A stretch of DNA of 64,000 bases from Octopus vulgaris (Eukaryota), in assembly GCA_951406725.2 (NCBI GenBank), contig OX597819.1, positions 81,592,001-81,656,000 on the forward strand, given 5' to 3'. The translations under genes and the position numbers were made by a program. The notes under the pieces were generated by a model. That model worked only from the letters and a program-made list of their open reading frames with translations, was not told the DNA's origin and did no database searches. This document shows, one piece after another, positions 26,105-41,268 of the stretch (within the stretch, counting starts at the first letter, position 1; each line of letters starts with the position of its first letter).

Positions 26105-26475
26105 AAATTTGTCAATAAGACATTTTAACAGAATATGATGGATATGTATAGTGATGAACTGAACGCTATTAAGTTTAAAAAAAAAAAAATGTTAGAGGAC
26201 ATAACGCCAAAGGTAGCCTATAGAAAGAGGAGGGGTAAAGGAAAGAAAAAATCAGAAACCAAATAAATGAGAAGTATAGAACGATATGTAAATTAAATAA
26301 AACATCTCATTTATTTGGTTTCTGATTTTTTCTTTGCTTTACCCCCACCCCCTCTTTCTATAGGTTACCTTTGATTTTATATCCTCCAATGTTTTTTTAA
26401 AAGAAAATTAATAGCATTCAGTTCATCACTATACATATCCATCATATTCTGTTAAAATGTCTTATTGATGAGTTT
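26105..26475. repeat. ~370-bp imperfect palindrome (fold-back)
   Basis: TCAATAAGACATTTTAACAGAATATGATGGATATGTATAGTGATGAACTGAA... is mirrored by ...TTCAGTTCATCACTATACATATCCATCATATTCTGTTAAAATGTCTTATTGA; loop at about 26273-26304. Confidence 0.9.
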
Positions 26476-26484
26476 CATTTCTTC

Positions 26485-26573
26485 ATTTCCCTGAAGAGAA
26501 GATTACATTGTTTTACACCATTTTATTCCTTTGGAATAATACCAATGATATCTTCGAAACATGTGTCGGAAGT
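26485..26573 (+). ncRNA. Type-I hammerhead ribozyme, canonical core with extended stem II
   Basis: AUUUCC/GGAAGU stem I; CUGAAGA 26491-26497; stem II GAAGAU/AUCUUC, CAUUG/CAAUG, UUAUUCC/GGAAUAA; GAAAC-AUGU-GUC; predicted cleavage after 26567. Confidence 0.85.
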
Positions 26574-26778
26574 AAAAGAATTTGAATAACACCTGCGTTT
26601 AACTCCATTTATTCATTTATTAATATATATTATACAAAATATTTCACATAAACCCAGAGTTTCTACCTTTAAAAACAAGGTGTTACACCCTTTTTACTTG
26701 TGTGATTTTTTGCTACTCTAGTAACTGTTTATCTATTTTTTTCCATGTTAATTGTAAACAAGGGAAAATACACACATC

Positions 26779-27049
<271 letters not shown>

Positions 27050-27050
<1 letters not shown>

Positions 27051-30007
27051 TCATCATCATCATCATCATCGTTTAGCGTCCGTTTTCCATGCTAGCATGG
27101 GTTGGACGGTTCTACTGGGGTCTGTGAAGCCAGAAGGCTTCATCAGGTCCAGTCAAATCTGGCAGTGTTTCTACGGCTGGATGCCCTTCCTAACGCCAAC
27201 CACTCCGTGAGTGTAGTGGGTGCTTTTTACGTGCCACCCGCACTGGTGCCAGACAGAGCTGGCAAACGGCCACGAACGGATGGTGCTTTTTATGTGCCAC
27301 CGGCACGAGGGCCAGGCGAGGCTGGCAACGGACACGAAACGGGGCGGTGCTGGCAACGGTCGCGAAACGGAAAGTTCTCTTACATGCCACCGGCACTGGT
27401 AACACATCTGCAATTTCCATTGATCGATTTCCATTGATCGATTTCGATTCTGATCGTCACTTGCCTCAACGGGTCTTCACAAGCAGAGTTTTGACATGCC
27501 ACCGGCACTGGTAGCACATCCGCAATTTCCATTGATCGATTTCGATTCTGATCCTCACTTGCCTCATCACGTCTTCACAAGTAGAGTTTTGTGTCCCAAG
27601 AAGGGAAGGTATGCATACGTAGGCTGGCTCCATCCCATGTAGAAGGCCACGGGTTATGGACTCACTTGTCCTGCCGGGTCTTCTCGCGCACAGCACACTT
27701 CCAGAGGTCTCGGTCTCTAGTCATTTCCTCAGTGAGACCTAAAGTTCGAAGGTCGTGCTTCACCACCTCGTCCCAGGTTTTCCTGGGTCTGCCTCTTCCA
27801 CAGGTTCCCTCAACCGCTAGGGTGTGGCACTTTTTCACACAACTATCTTCATCCATTCTCGCCACATGACCATACCAGCGCAAACGTCTCTCTTGCACAC
27901 CACAACTGATGCTTCTTAGGTCCAGCTTTTCTCTCAAGGTACTTACACTCTGCCGAGTGTGAGTACCGGCATTACACATCCATCGGAGCATACTGGCTTC
28001 ATTTCTAGCGAGCTTACGCATATCCTCAGCAGTCACGGCCCATGTTTCACTGCCATGTAGCATGGCTGTTCGTACACACGCATCATACAGTCTGCCTTTC
28101 ACTCTGTGCGAGAGGCCTTTTGTCACCAGCAGAGGTAAGAGCTCTCTGAACTTTGCCCAAGCTATTCTTACTCTAGCAGTTACACTTTCAGCACACCCGC
28201 CCCCGCTGCTGACTTGGTCACCTAGGTAACGGAAACTATCAACTATTTCTAGTTTTTCTCCCTGGAAAGTGACGGAAGTTGGTCTCAGAGCATTTTCAGT
28301 GTTTATTGTTCCTGAGCATCTGCCACATACAAAAACCATCTTCCTAGTTAGCCTTCCTTTGACATTGCTGCATCTCTTATGTGTCCATAGCTTACACTTG
28401 GTGCATCTTATAGAGTTTCTACCTACACCTTTTCTATAGATCGAGCAGGGCCATCTACCTGAAGGTGTTTGTGATTTGTCTACCTTCCTACTGATTACGA
28501 CTTTGGTTTTAGCTAGATTGACTCTGAGGCCCTTCGATTCTAATCCTTGTTTCCACACCTGAAACTTCTCCTCCAGTTCTGATAGCGACTCAGCAATTAG
28601 AGCAAGGTCATCAGCATAGAGGAGCTCCCAAGGGCATCCTGTCTTGAATTCCTCCGATATTGCCTGGAGGACTATGATAAATAGGAGGGGGCTGAGTACT
28701 GAGCCTTGATGGACTCCTACCTCTACCCGGAATTCTTCACTGTACACATTTCCAACCCTCACCCTACTAGCGGCGTCCCTGTACATGGCCCGCACAGCTC
28801 TCACTAACCATTCATCTATCCCTAGTTTCCTCATTGCCCACCAGATAAGGGATCGGGGGACCCTGTCGAAGGCTTTCTCCATGTCAACAAAAGCCAGGTA
28901 CAGGGGCTTATCTTTGGCTAGGTATTTCTCCTGCAGCTGCCTTACCAGGAATATAGCATCAGTAGTACTTTTCCCTGGCACAAACCCAAACTGCATTTCA
29001 TCTAAACTAACTCTCTCTCTAATTAGTTGGGCTATGACCCTCTCCGTAACCTTCATCACCTGGTCCAACAGCTTGATACCTCTGTAGTTATTTGTATCTA
29101 GGGCATCACCTTTACCTTTGTAGCAGTTGACTATTATACTGCTACACCAGTCATTGGGTATGACCCCTTTGTGTATCACCTGATTAACTATACGGGTGAC
29201 TAGGCTATAGCCGACACTACCAGACATTTTGAGCATCTCTGCAGTAATTCCTGATGGGCCTGGGGCTTTCCCTGTCTTCATGCTTCTAATTGCCTTAGCT
29301 ACCACGGAACTATCAACTCGGATAGCTGGTCCCTCTGTTGGGTCAACATTCGGCAGACTCTCTTTATCCCATTCATTTTCTTCATTCAGCAACCTTTCAT
29401 AGTGGCATCTCCAAACCTCTCTCTTTGCATCCTCATTTAGCGCAAGTGAACCATCTTCCATGCGAACACACTTCTCTCCTACCACATCACGATTCTCTCT
29501 CACACACTGTCTTGCAACACGAAACACCTCCAGTCTTTGGTCCTCACGGCGCAGAACATTGGCAAATTTTTTCTTATCTGCTTCCCCTCTGGCTAAATAA
29601 ACCTGTCTCCTAGCTTCTCTTTTGGCAGTCTGATACAATCCCCTGCTACCCCCATTTTTCCAGACCTTCCAAGCCTGTCTCTTTTCTCTAATAGCCCTGT
29701 CTACAATATTGTTCCACCACCACGTTATTCTAGGTCGAGAGGGGACTTTGCACCAGCCACAGATCTGGTCAGTTGCTCTCAGCAGGTTGTCCCTTAGAAA
29801 CGTCCAGCTGTCTTCTACCCCCTGTGATGCTCTATCCCCTTCTACTTCGTCAGAGGCTTCAAGTAATATGTCCCTAAATCTCTGTCCATTTGCAGGATCT
29901 TTAAGCTTCCAGATCCTTCTTCTCCATATTTGTCGTCTTCTGGTTGTCCTCCTAGTCCTGATCCTAAAGTCACTAACTACCAGTCTATGTTGTGGGGTAC
30001 ATTCTTC
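27050..30007 (-). mobile_element. RTE-clade LINE, 5'-truncated, recent; (GAT)n 3' tail
   Basis: Uninterrupted ORF, GC-rich repeat-containing 3' UTR (27070-27660) and (GAT)n tail; inserted in (TA)n. Confidence 0.95.
27662..30007 (-). CDS. RTE ORF: APE C-terminal end, reverse transcriptase, PHD-like Cys/His finger and C-terminal domain (the N-terminal IYIY of the track ORF is microsatellite)
   Basis: [73 protein letters not shown]. Confidence 0.95.
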   Translation of the reverse strand, partial: EECTPQHRLVVSDFRIRTRRTTRRRQIWRRRIWKLKDPANGQRFRDILLEASDEVEGDRASQGVEDSWTFLRDNLLRATDQICGWCKVPSRPRITWWWNNIVDRAIREKRQAWKVWKNGGSRGLYQTAKREARRQVYLARGEADKKKFANVLRREDQRLEVFRVARQCVRENRDVVGEKCVRMEDGSLALNEDAKREVWRCHYERLLNEENEWDKESLPNVDPTEGPAIRVDSSVVAKAIRSMKTGKAPGPSGITAEMLKMSGSVGYSLVTRIVNQVIHKGVIPNDWCSSIIVNCYKGKGDALDTNNYRGIKLLDQVMKVTERVIAQLIRERVSLDEMQFGFVPGKSTTDAIFLVRQLQEKYLAKDKPLYLAFVDMEKAFDRVPRSLIWWAMRKLGIDEWLVRAVRAMYRDAASRVRVGNVYSEEFRVEVGVHQGSVLSPLLFIIVLQAISEEFKTGCPWELLYADDLALIAESLSELEEKFQVWKQGLESKGLRVNLAKTKVVISRKVDKSQTPSGRWPCSIYRKGVGRNSIRCTKCKLWTHKRCSNVKGRLTRKMVFVCGRCSGTINTENALRPTSVTFQGEKLEIVDSFRYLGDQVSSGGGCAESVTARVRIAWAKFRELLPLLVTKGLSHRVKGRLYDACVRTAMLHGSETWAVTAEDMRKLARNEASMLRWMCNAGTHTRQSVSTLREKLDLRSISCGVQERRLRWYGHVARMDEDSCVKKCHTLAVEGTCGRGRPRKTWDEVVKHDLRTLGLTEEMTRDRDLWKCAVREKTRQDK

Positions 30008-30019
30008 TGTGGGGTACAT

Positions 30020-30264
<245 letters not shown>

Positions 30265-30269
30265 GCATA

Positions 30270-31177
30270 CAATAATCCCTCAACTATCACAGGTGTTACG
30301 CTCAAAAACCCCTATGAAAGGTGAAAATCTATGAAGTAGAAACAATACTATACTGTATATTTTTCTAATTATTTTTGTAATTTGTATATATTTATTTTAT
30401 TATTCTTATATATTTAAGCTTTTATAAATTTTCTCCACACTCTTAGGAGTACCCGAGGCTTCTCATTTTTTTTAAGGTGAGGAACACAGTGATAGGCAGT
30501 TGCTGGCACTTCCTTTACTTCTGTTTCATAAACTTTCATGGCTCCTTTGATTGCATTTCTGAACTGCAATGCATGAATCATCTGGGGTGTCCCAATCTTC
30601 TGCCATTCTCTGAAGTTCTTTTGCCATTTTTACTAGAGTTAAGAAGCATTCTAGTTATAGGTCACATACCTTTTCCCCCCCTTAAGCATGTCGAGGAGTC
30701 TCACCCTTTCTGCTATAGTAAGCATCTTCCTCTGTTGCTTGGGTTCACTGCCTTGGAAGGGGCAGAACGTTTGGGTACTATTGTAGGGCTTGAAATAAAT
30801 TCACTATTTTAAACACAAATGCAAAACAACACCACACACTCACCTACTGAGTTTCGTTTTCCATATAGTATGTGCAATTCTTTGTTTACTTATCTATGGT
30901 ATACTATGCATTTTCTTTTAATATATTTTAATTAATGTGTTATACAGTGCAGTACTTTACTGTACTTTTATTTATAAATTTTTTAATTTTAAGTGTGAAA
31001 ATGCATATTTTTTACCCCAGAAATAATTAAAATCTAAAAAAATATAAATACCTATTAGCTGCAGAAACCCACAGTATACTAAGGATTCTGCGATATTAAT
31101 GTACATATATTAGCCAGAAAAATCCGTAATGTACTGAGGGCATGTTAGGTGAACCGCAATATGATGAGTGGTTACAG
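30270..31177. mobile_element. Tigger/pogo-like non-autonomous DNA element
   Basis: Degenerate TIRs CAATAATCCCTCAACTATCACAGG / CCGCAATATGATGAGTGGTTACAG flanked by TA. Confidence 0.55.
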
Positions 31178-31194
31178 TATATACATTTATGGAC

Positions 31195-31227
<33 letters not shown>

Positions 31228-32729
31228 TATATCTGTGTGTATGTGTGTGTGAGTGTTTGTCACCTACCACCACATGACAACCAGTGTTTGTTTATTTACT
31301 TCCTCATAACTTAGTGATTCAGCAGAAGAGATCAATAGAAAAAGGACCAGGTTTAAAGACAAAACAAGCGCTGGGGTTGATTCATTCAACTAAAATACTT
31401 CGAGACAGTGCTCCAGCATGGCTGCAGCCCAGTGTGCAAAACAAGTAAAATATAAAAAATAAAATCTAATTCACCAAATATCTCAATGGAATCAGTCAAA
31501 CAGAATATACATAATCATATTTTGCATTTTTCTAGTTAGCAGAACACACAGTATGATGAAATTTTTCTCAGGTATTCTTTTAGTACCGTCATTAAGCTCA
31601 AATAAAAATAAAGAAAGCTATATTGGAGAATTATTGAGCCTTTATAGTGCTTTGTCTTAATGCAGTAATGAAATATAGGGCTGACGCTGCCAGTCCCTGT
31701 ACCAAGTGTTTCAGTCAATCATTTCAAAGCTTCTCATTTACATACACGTCGGTTACAGCTGATGATGAATTAGTTACAAATACCCAATTTGAAGTGATAA
31801 TTTACACCATCCGTTGCCTATGAATAAATTTACTTCTGCTTAAGCCGCCTCTGGAATTGGTATGAGGTCTCTCCTGGCATTAGCCTTGATGGATGGAGAT
31901 TACATAGGTATTCCACGACTGTAACTACAAGCACAACTTCCAAAGCCATTCTTGTCTTTGCTCTTTGGTAATTTTATTGTTTTTTTTCTCTTTGTCATTC
32001 TTGTTTTCTATTTCACTCTTCTTAATATTTTGCTCTCCTCCTTCCATCTGTTTTGTGTTTTTCCTTGCTTGTTTTTTCCATTTTTTATTTGTAGGATGTC
32101 CTTTTGTTTTGTTGTCTTTTAGTATTATTTTTTTTTTATCACATTTAGTTCTTACAGACATTATTTATGAAGCAACATTGGGTGTTCTTTGAGATTTTGT
32201 CCATTATTGATTATCTCCATTCCAAACAGAGTGGAATTATGGTTTTTGGATAAGATTATTAACTAACTTTATCATTTTCAGATAAACCAGCAGTAACTTT
32301 ATCATGTTCAAATAACTGAAAATTAATTATGTATATAATAAATATGATACAGATAAATGATAAGGAATAATATTTTAGGACAATAAAAACAAATTACTAC
32401 TTTTGCAGCCAAAGGAGCTGAACATTTAATAAAAAGATAATTTTTCTTTCATAAATGTCAAATCAATAATTTTGTTTGATTCATAAAAATACATCATGAT
32501 TTATTGTCAACAGAGACTTTTTTTTATTTGGCTTAAATTTGTTTTATGTATTTTTTAATGCAAAATCTAAATCAGTGCTTAATAGCATTTGTTAATAAAT
32601 GTTTATTAGCATGTGAGAGAAGGAAAAAGTATAGATAGAAAAGTATAGTTAGTTATTGTGGCCAAAATAATTCCATAATCTATATGAAGTGAGTATATTC
32701 TCCTTTATCAAAAAATTACACACACACAC

Positions 32730-32776
<47 letters not shown>

Positions 32777-32959
32777 CATATGCACACACATGTATGTGTG
32801 TATGCATGTTTATGTGTGTATATGTGTATTGTTAACTGCCACAAAGACAGAGGAAATGCCTTAGAAACAAGAAGCAATAGAGGAGTCAACAGCTCCTCTG
32901 GTTCTGAAGGTCATGAAATGAGTCAAATCACAATTAATTCATGACAGAGCAGGCCTAAA

Positions 32960-33462
32960 TGAAACTCAGAATAAACTACTGTTCCAAGCTTTTATCGATT
33001 TGAAGAAGGCATTTCACAGGGTGCCATGTTCAGTAATTTGGTGGTCACTAAGGAAACTAAGTGTACTTAAATGGCTTGAAAGGTGTGTTCAAGCTACGTA
33101 CAAAGATGCAGTAAGTAAACTGAGAATCAACAACAGTTTAGTGACAAATTTAGCTTGAGGGTAGGAATTCATCAAATCTCAGTCCTTAGTCCTCTCCTAT
33201 TCATCATAGTCCTATGGATGACCACCATGGGATTTAAGAGTGGCTGTCCATGGGAACTCCTATATGCTCATGATCTAGTTCTCATAGTTGAGTCTGTTGG
33301 GGAATTAGAGAAGAAATTCCAAGGTTGAAAACTAAACCAAGAATTGTGAGACCTTATGTAAACTTAAGCAAAGGTGAAGATGTTAGTATGGAGGAAAGAA
33401 GGTAGGACCCTAGTAGCTTCAGGGAAATAGCCTTGCTTGATATACAGAAAAGGAATAGGTGT
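32960..33462 (+). mobile_element. Decayed RTE RT fragment (relative of the 27-30 kb element)
   Basis: [11 protein letters not shown]...[28 protein letters not shown] is homologous to the RTE ORF; stops and frameshifts are present. Confidence 0.85.
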
Positions 33463-34164
33463 CTATCTCTCCTCCCCTCTTCATGCACTACATCTACCTC
33501 TCCTCCATCCCATACACCCCTAAAACTTACCCAACCTCTCCCTCTTTCTTACTTTTTTTCTCTTTCTTGTCTTAATCCTGTCCTCTGTGTCAACATTACT
33601 ATACTTCTAATCTCCTCTTCCCTATTTCTACAGTCTGTCATCTCCTATACCCCCTACTTCCCCAACTTGTGCATCATTGATCACCCCCATCCCTTATCCT
33701 CCATTAACTACATCACACCTATTCTATAACCCTACTCAATATGTACAGGTGTCACCTACATCCTCGCCTTACCCATTCCCTACTTCTCACTCTTCTAAAT
33801 ACTCTTTCAACCTCCACCTACCCACACTCTTGGTTCTGGTTGGTGACAGAATGGGCAGGCATCCAGCCATAGAAAATCTGCCTCAATAAACTCCATCCAA
33901 CCCATGCAAGCATGCTGGGCCACTATCTTGAAGGGTTTTAGTTGAGCAAAACCATCATGGGACTTATTTTTTAGTAAAGTACTTATTCTATCAGTATCTT
34001 TTGCCAAACTGCTAAGTTATGAGGACATAAACGCACCAACACCAGCTGTCAAGCAATGATGGGAGACAAACACAAACATATCTATACATTTATATATATA
34101 TAAATATACTCATGTACATATACATGCACACACACACATCCATACACAAAAATGTACATTATAC

Positions 34165-34247
<83 letters not shown>

Positions 34248-35617
34248 CTTACATATCATCATCATCATCGTTTCACATTTGTTTTTGATACTAACATGGG
34301 TTAGATGGTTTGACCAGAACTATTTAGCTGGAGAGCTGCACTTGGCTCGAGTCTGTTTTGGTTTGGTTTCTGCAGCTGGAGTCTCTTCCTAATGCCAACC
34401 ATTCCACAGAGTGTACTGAGCATACACACACACATGCATATAAGAAAACAAAGTTATAATTTATGGACCAGCTGTTTTATTTTTTTCTCTAAGTACTCAA
34501 GGAGCTTTCTGACTATGAAGACTAGTGAAAGGTTACTTGGACTATAATACACAAATGCTCTTCACAGTTTTCATTTTTAATATATAAGGAGGTACATGCA
34601 AGTCCAGGAATATTGTAGAAAAGACAATTATCCAAGATGCCATGCAGGGGGAACAAACCCGATGCCACATGGTTGCAAAACAAGCTTCTTACTCACATGC
34701 CAATTTTTGCACCTATACATATGCAATTAAAAATGAAATATAGATATACCAGAATTAGAACTTAAATTTATTGAAATGGGGAAAATAACACAATACATTT
34801 TATTCTTTTGACACACAATGTGTATTCAAAAAGTACTCAACTTTATTTCTTCCTGCCAAAAATAATGCCACTTGGGCAAAATTCTTTGGATAGGAAGTGA
34901 TTTCACCTTTTCTATGCATGTAGGAAATTTTTCACACCAGTAGGTCATGTTAGTTCTTGGCTGTCGCACCTAGAGTACAGGCATGTAGTGCATACGCATT
35001 GGATACTTTTTGATCACACCTCACAATCTATCTTATCTAGGAAACTGGAAGCTTCCAGAATTTATTTATCCATTCATATCAACACAAATGTTTTGACTTT
35101 ACGCTACATTTTGCCAATTTTATAACTCATAAATTTAGAAAGCATCTTGTGCAATTAATCAAAATTTATGTCATTTGTATATGCAATTGGATCTCAGAGA
35201 AATATTACCTTGCTTAGAAACAGGTGAGGGTTGGCAGCTGGAAGGGCATCCAGCTATAGAAAATCTGACCCATGCAAGCATGGAAAAGGAGGCATTAAAA
35301 TATTGATGACAACAATGACAGCAACAACAATAATGATGATGATGGTTCATTCCTATTGGTTGTGTGTTCAAATTCTGCTGGGTTCTAATTTACCATTCAT
35401 CTTCCAAAGTTGATAAATTCAGCAGTAGTCATTTGTGTCAACTTTATGCATGGCTTTCTCTTAAATACTAAATTAATTATTATATTATATTATACGCAAA
35501 ACAAAAAAAAATTAAATATTTGTTTTTTTTTATTTCATGTTCAAACATGAGAAAAATAGAAGAATATCTGTAATCAACTTTGTATTTGATTTTTTTAACT
35601 TCCCCATAGTACTTCTT

Positions 35618-35705
<88 letters not shown>

Positions 35706-36739
35706 TGCATGCATGCATGACCACTATATACCCACTTTATATTCATCATGTGTTTAAATGGGGCAGATAATGCCTTTTGGATAGAAACACAATTTTTTTC
35801 CATTCATTTTTTTTTAATGAATGAAATTTGAATGTGTTCATTTAAATTTTGCAGAAAAATAAATATAATAATTAATATCATTAAAAAAATGTATGAGTGA
35901 ACAAAGAAAATATTTTTTTCATTTTTGTAAAGGTGTGAATGTGAGATATTCCTAGCCAATCTTAACTGATCTGTTAATGTCACATGCTTTCTTTCTAAAT
36001 TTAAAGCATTGAAGTGAAAATTTTGAAAAAAACAAACAAGATTTGTTTTCTAAGCATTTAAGTAAGAAAACTTTTTGTAAACAAACAAAAAAACAAACAA
36101 ACAACAAGGAAAAAGTTAAAATGAAAGGGGGAAAATGTGGGAATCAGAATGACAAGGCTCAAAATAAATTTAAAACAAAACCAAAGATATCTACAGAATC
36201 TTCTGTCTTTGAACACACACACATATTGATCAGGAAACAGTTACTTTAAACATGACCCAACATTATCAGCAGCTGACACTGTTCTCCAAACCTATATTTT
36301 GGGAGAAATTTCTTTGTTAGAGGTGGGTGGGGAGGTCAGTGTAGAAGGGGAAAAAATATATGACATAAGACAAAATAAACAAGAACTATAAAATTTGCAT
36401 GGTTTGGTAATCATTTTTGCTTGGGCATAGCTCACATAGTGAATGAGACAAGAGCAGAAATTCAATCCATCAAGACAACCATGATCAACAATAACATTAA
36501 TCACTTTCTTGTTCAGTTAAAACAGAAACATTTCATTGTGTAGTATGGTTGGGCTGTGTTGTTTTGGGCTGGCTTGTTGGCTTGTGCTAATCCTTATTGT
36601 TTCTCTTGTTGTTGTTTAGCCCCAAGTCAGCCCGAATCAAACAGATTGTTTGCTTTATAAGATTGTGGAGTATGATTTGAAGGAAATCTGGCTGTTATTT
36701 CTAGCCAACTACAGACCATATTGATATCTCATATTGATT

Positions 36740-37305
36740 TGAGTTGTGTTGTGATGTGTTGTGTTGTGGGAAGTTGTATTGTGTTGTATTGTGATGTATT
36801 TTACTGTGCTATATTGTACGGTATTTTACAGTGGCATATTGTACCATACTGTGTTATATTGTGGCATGCTGTATTGTACTATGGAATGTGGTATTATACT
36901 GTGGTATGGGTGGTATGGTAGTATACTATACTGTGTTGTATAGAATTTTATTGTGTTCTATTGTGTAGTATGCTGTACGGTATTATGGTGTATTGTACTT
37001 ACTATGTTACATTGTATTGTACTGTGGTATGTTGTACTGTACTGCAGTGTGATATTGTATTACACTGTGTTGTATTGTATTGCAGTATATTGTATGGTAT
37101 TATGGTGAATTTTATTACACTGTGTTATATTGTACTGTACTATGGTATTGTACTGCAGTGTGGTATTATACAATATTGTATTGTACTGTATTGTGTTGTA
37201 TTGTACTGTGACATGCTGTATGGTACCATGTGTATTGTACTGTAGTGTAGTATTGTACTCTACTGTACTATATTGTACTATACTGTTGTATTGTACTATA
37301 TGGAT
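36740..37305. repeat. Degenerate 5-bp-unit satellite (TAYTG/TATGG/TGYTG)
   Basis: Period-5 pattern such as TGTAC TGTAT TGTGT TATGG over about 560 bp. Confidence 0.85.
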
Positions 37306-37965
37306 TGTATGTGTATGTAAACAGATTTGCAGTGTGTGTGTATTTGTGTATATAGACAGACAGGTAAACAGGCACACAGATGGAAAAGTAGATAGATGAT
37401 AGGTAGGTGGATAGGTTGGTAAGTTTTAAAAAAAGACAGCAAAGAGAGTTCTTTCTTTATACAGTTACCTGATAATTTACTCACAAGTACATATATTTAT
37501 ATATTTATATACATGTGCTTTTCTATATGTACATGCTTCTTTTACTGAATGTTTGCATGTGTGCATAGCATATATTTACATGCATCCGCCTAAGAAAACA
37601 TGATGAACAAACATTTTCATTTACACCAATTGCTAAGATGATGTATAGAGAAAGCAAGTCTATTTACACAATAGTCTGTATATATTTATAAATATCTACT
37701 TATATAAACTTTTGCATGCATCTACATACTTAAGTGATCCCCAAAGTTTTATATAAATACGGTTGTAGTCTGCACATCAGTCTCTCCATGTTAAAAAAAA
37801 AAAATCAAATCAAATGCAGGGATTCATGTAATATATAGTATTCATCAGTTTATGACATAAATTCGTATGCACACTCATTCTTTGCATCCTTAAAAATATG
37901 TTAGAGATTATACCTACCTATCTATGTCCCTGCCTTCATTCTACATTTATACATACAAACATATA

Positions 37966-39319
37966 CAGGGTGGTCCAAAAGTAGGTAGACAGTAAATGAT
38001 AACATTTATTTTGAGACTACATATAGAATTATATTTACTAATACATTTATTACATTGACATTTGAATTTTATTATGTACAATAATACAAAAGCACTTAAA
38101 TTTTAACAACACAGGTTCTCAAACTGTTGTCCATCACAATTTACATAGCTTTGAAGTCTACCCCTTACGTTTCGACAAACATTTTTGCACAAGTCTCTTT
38201 GTGTATTAATTTCTTAAAATGCATCTCTTATGTAATTTTTCAAATCATTAATACTTCTTGGTTTTCAACTATAAACTTTGTCCTTGAGTACTCCCCAAAA
38301 GAAGAAATCCATTGGGGTCAAGTCAGGTGAATGTGCTGGCCAATCAATTGGACCTCTTCGGTCAATCCATTTCTCAGAAAATGTTTCATCAAGATACTCA
38401 CAGACTGCTCTGGAATAATATGGGGGTGGAGGGCATCTTGTTGGAAATAAAGGTCATGTGAATTAGACTGTTGTTTTAACTGTGGAACAACTTGATTCAT
38501 TAGAATTTCACGATACTTATTGCTTGTGACTGTTCCATAAAAAAATATGGATCCTAAAACAGCAGAACTTGAAATACCACCTCAAACAGTGACACCAGGC
38601 TGGTTTATTTGTTGCTCTTATGTTAAATGCATGTTCTCATTATACCAGTAAATACAATTATATCTGTTAATATGACTGGGTAATTTGAAAGAAGCTTCAT
38701 GGGTCCACACAATGTTATCTAAAATTACTGGATTTTCTTCAATATCATTCAGCATATATCTCACAAAATTGCAACCGCCTGTTTGGGTCAACCTCTAATA
38801 AGGCATGAATTAGCCATGGACAATAAGATTTCTACCCAATAGATTTCAGGATTCAAATAATAGTGGATCATGAAATGCTCAATTTCAAAGAGGCTCTCCT
38901 GGAGGACTTTTTTGGACTGTGAGCAAATGCTTCGGCGACAAGTTGCTTATGATCCTCTGTGCAGACTGTTTTGGGTCAAGCAATTCTTGGAGCATTAAGA
39001 TTTGAGCCAGTGGTATCAAATTTGTCATGAATGCAGTAAATGGTTTGTCTCTTTGGGGCTTGGGTACCAAATATTTCAACCCATTTTGTTCTAATGGTTT
39101 CAGCATTTTAAGATTTCCACTACTCTTTTAACACCCATTTTCTTTCATCAGTATTTAAATTATTTGCCTTTATGGGTTCTCTGAATTATCTGAAAAGAAA
39201 ACAGATTAATTTAGATAAATTTAGTTATAAAATTTAAAATAATATTGCACAAATACCATAGTTGTAGCTGATACACAAACTTATTTCACCTACTATCCAC
39301 CTACTTTTGGACCATCCTG
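37966..39319 (-). mobile_element. Tc1/mariner DNA transposon, full length, decayed
   Basis: TIRs CAGGGTGGTCCAAAAGTAGGTAGACAGTA / TACTATCCACCTACTTTTGGACCATCCTG with TA TSD. Minus-strand remnants YFQQDA..H and WPAHSPDLTPMDFFFWG. Confidence 0.9.
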
Positions 39320-39389
39320 TATATGCACATCTATACATTTATATATAAAAACATACAGATATATATATATTCAAATCATATGCATTTAT

Positions 39390-39590
<201 letters not shown>

Positions 39591-41029
39591 ATATGTATAT
39601 AGCACATGTACATATATAAAATGCAGCTACTTCCTCATGATCATGATCATCATAATCATCATTATCATTATCATCACCTAATGTGTTTTTCTTCCATGCT
39701 GGTATAAGTTGAACAGTTTGACAGAATCTAGTGAGCTACAGGATTGCATCCAATTCCAGTGTAAGGTTTGGCATAATTTCTATAGCTGGATGTCCTTTCT
39801 AAAACCAACCACTTTGGCAGTATGTACTAGGTGTGTTTTTTCCATGCCATCAGCACTAGTGAGGTCACCTGGTAAATGTCATTATAAAATATTTACAAGC
39901 ACACACTTATATATACGTGTATGGTATGTATGATAATTACAGGCATAGCCATGTGGTTAACAAGGTCACTTCCCAACCACATGAAACCTGAGCAATTCCA
40001 ATTCTCAAGAAAAAAATTTATTTTACTCTCCCTTCTTCTTTAACTCTAAATCTTACCTCTACCACAGACCCTAAATCATAACCTTAACCCTTTATTCTAA
40101 TGCTAATCCCAAACTCAAATCCTAACCCAAGACTATCCCTAAACACATCCCAAACCATAGTTCTGGATCTAATGCCTAACCCCGACTCTAATTTAGTTTT
40201 CTGGAATCAATATCTCCCATCTTAGAAGCATGATTCTATAAAACAAGAAAAACAGTTAAACTGTTACAGCAGGTCAGATTATTCAAAATGAAGAATTGGG
40301 AGCAAGAAAATTTTAACAATTTTAATTTGAAAGTCTAGCATGGAGAGAGAAGTGGGTTGAGGCATCAAGGTCACATAAACCATTCCCTTTCTTAGCATTC
40401 CCTCTTCCATTCTTGCCAGTTATTGAATTCTCTTGTCATCTCTTTTGTGAGGTTCAGCATCTTGTGGTCAGTTTTCATCACTTTGCCCCATGTCTTCCTA
40501 GATCTTTCTCCTTCCCAGGCCCCATGAACTTTGAGCACTCAGCACTTTATGCGACTGTCTTCATCCATATGCATAACATGCACATACCATTGCAATCTTC
40601 ATTCTTGCAAAATACATCTGATTCCTTAAGTAGTTTCCTCTCAGGTCCTTTGTATTTTCTATCCAGCAGAACATGTTCACCTCATTTATTTCTAGTCTTT
40701 GCAGGTCCTCAGCACTCAAGTCTTGGTTTCAGTACTATGTGGCATAATACTTCAAATTCAAATATCATACAATTTTCCCTTTATTTGGTGGGAGAGGACA
40801 ATTGTTACCTGCAGAGACAGTAACACCTTGAATTTTACCCCACCACACATGCACCATTCTTATTTTGGTTATTATGCTTTCACTGCAGCCAATTCTCCTG
40901 TGCCTTTTTCTTCTTTTCTTCTAGGGAGTCTTCTGAACAACTGATAAATCGACTTCCCAAGTTTTTTTTTAATATGTGTGTGTGTATGTGTGTACATATT
41001 TATTTATATTTGTTTTGTCTTTATTATAG

Positions 41030-41268
41030 CATCTTGGAACTACGTAAAGAAAAGTCTCGGGATGCTGCCCGTTCTCGTCGAGGAAAAGAAAATTATGAGT
41101 TTTATGAGTTGGCCAAATTACTACCTCTACCAGCTGCCATAACAAGCCAACTGGACAAAGCCTCCATAATTCGTCTCTCAATCAGTTATTTGAAGCTGCG
41201 TGACTTCTCTAGTCATGGTGATCCACCATGGCAGAGAGATGGAATGCCTCCAAACAAATCGGTTAAAG
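41030..41268 (+). CDS. trh: trachealess / NPAS1-NPAS3 bHLH-PAS transcription factor, bHLH exon
   Basis: (S)[67 protein letters not shown] is the Trh/NPAS3 bHLH. Acceptor TTTATTATAG|C and donor AAAG|GTATAT. Confidence 0.95.

Noticed and set aside
36721-37399. Cys/Tyr/Val-rich ORFs
   Set aside because: Products of the pentamer satellite.
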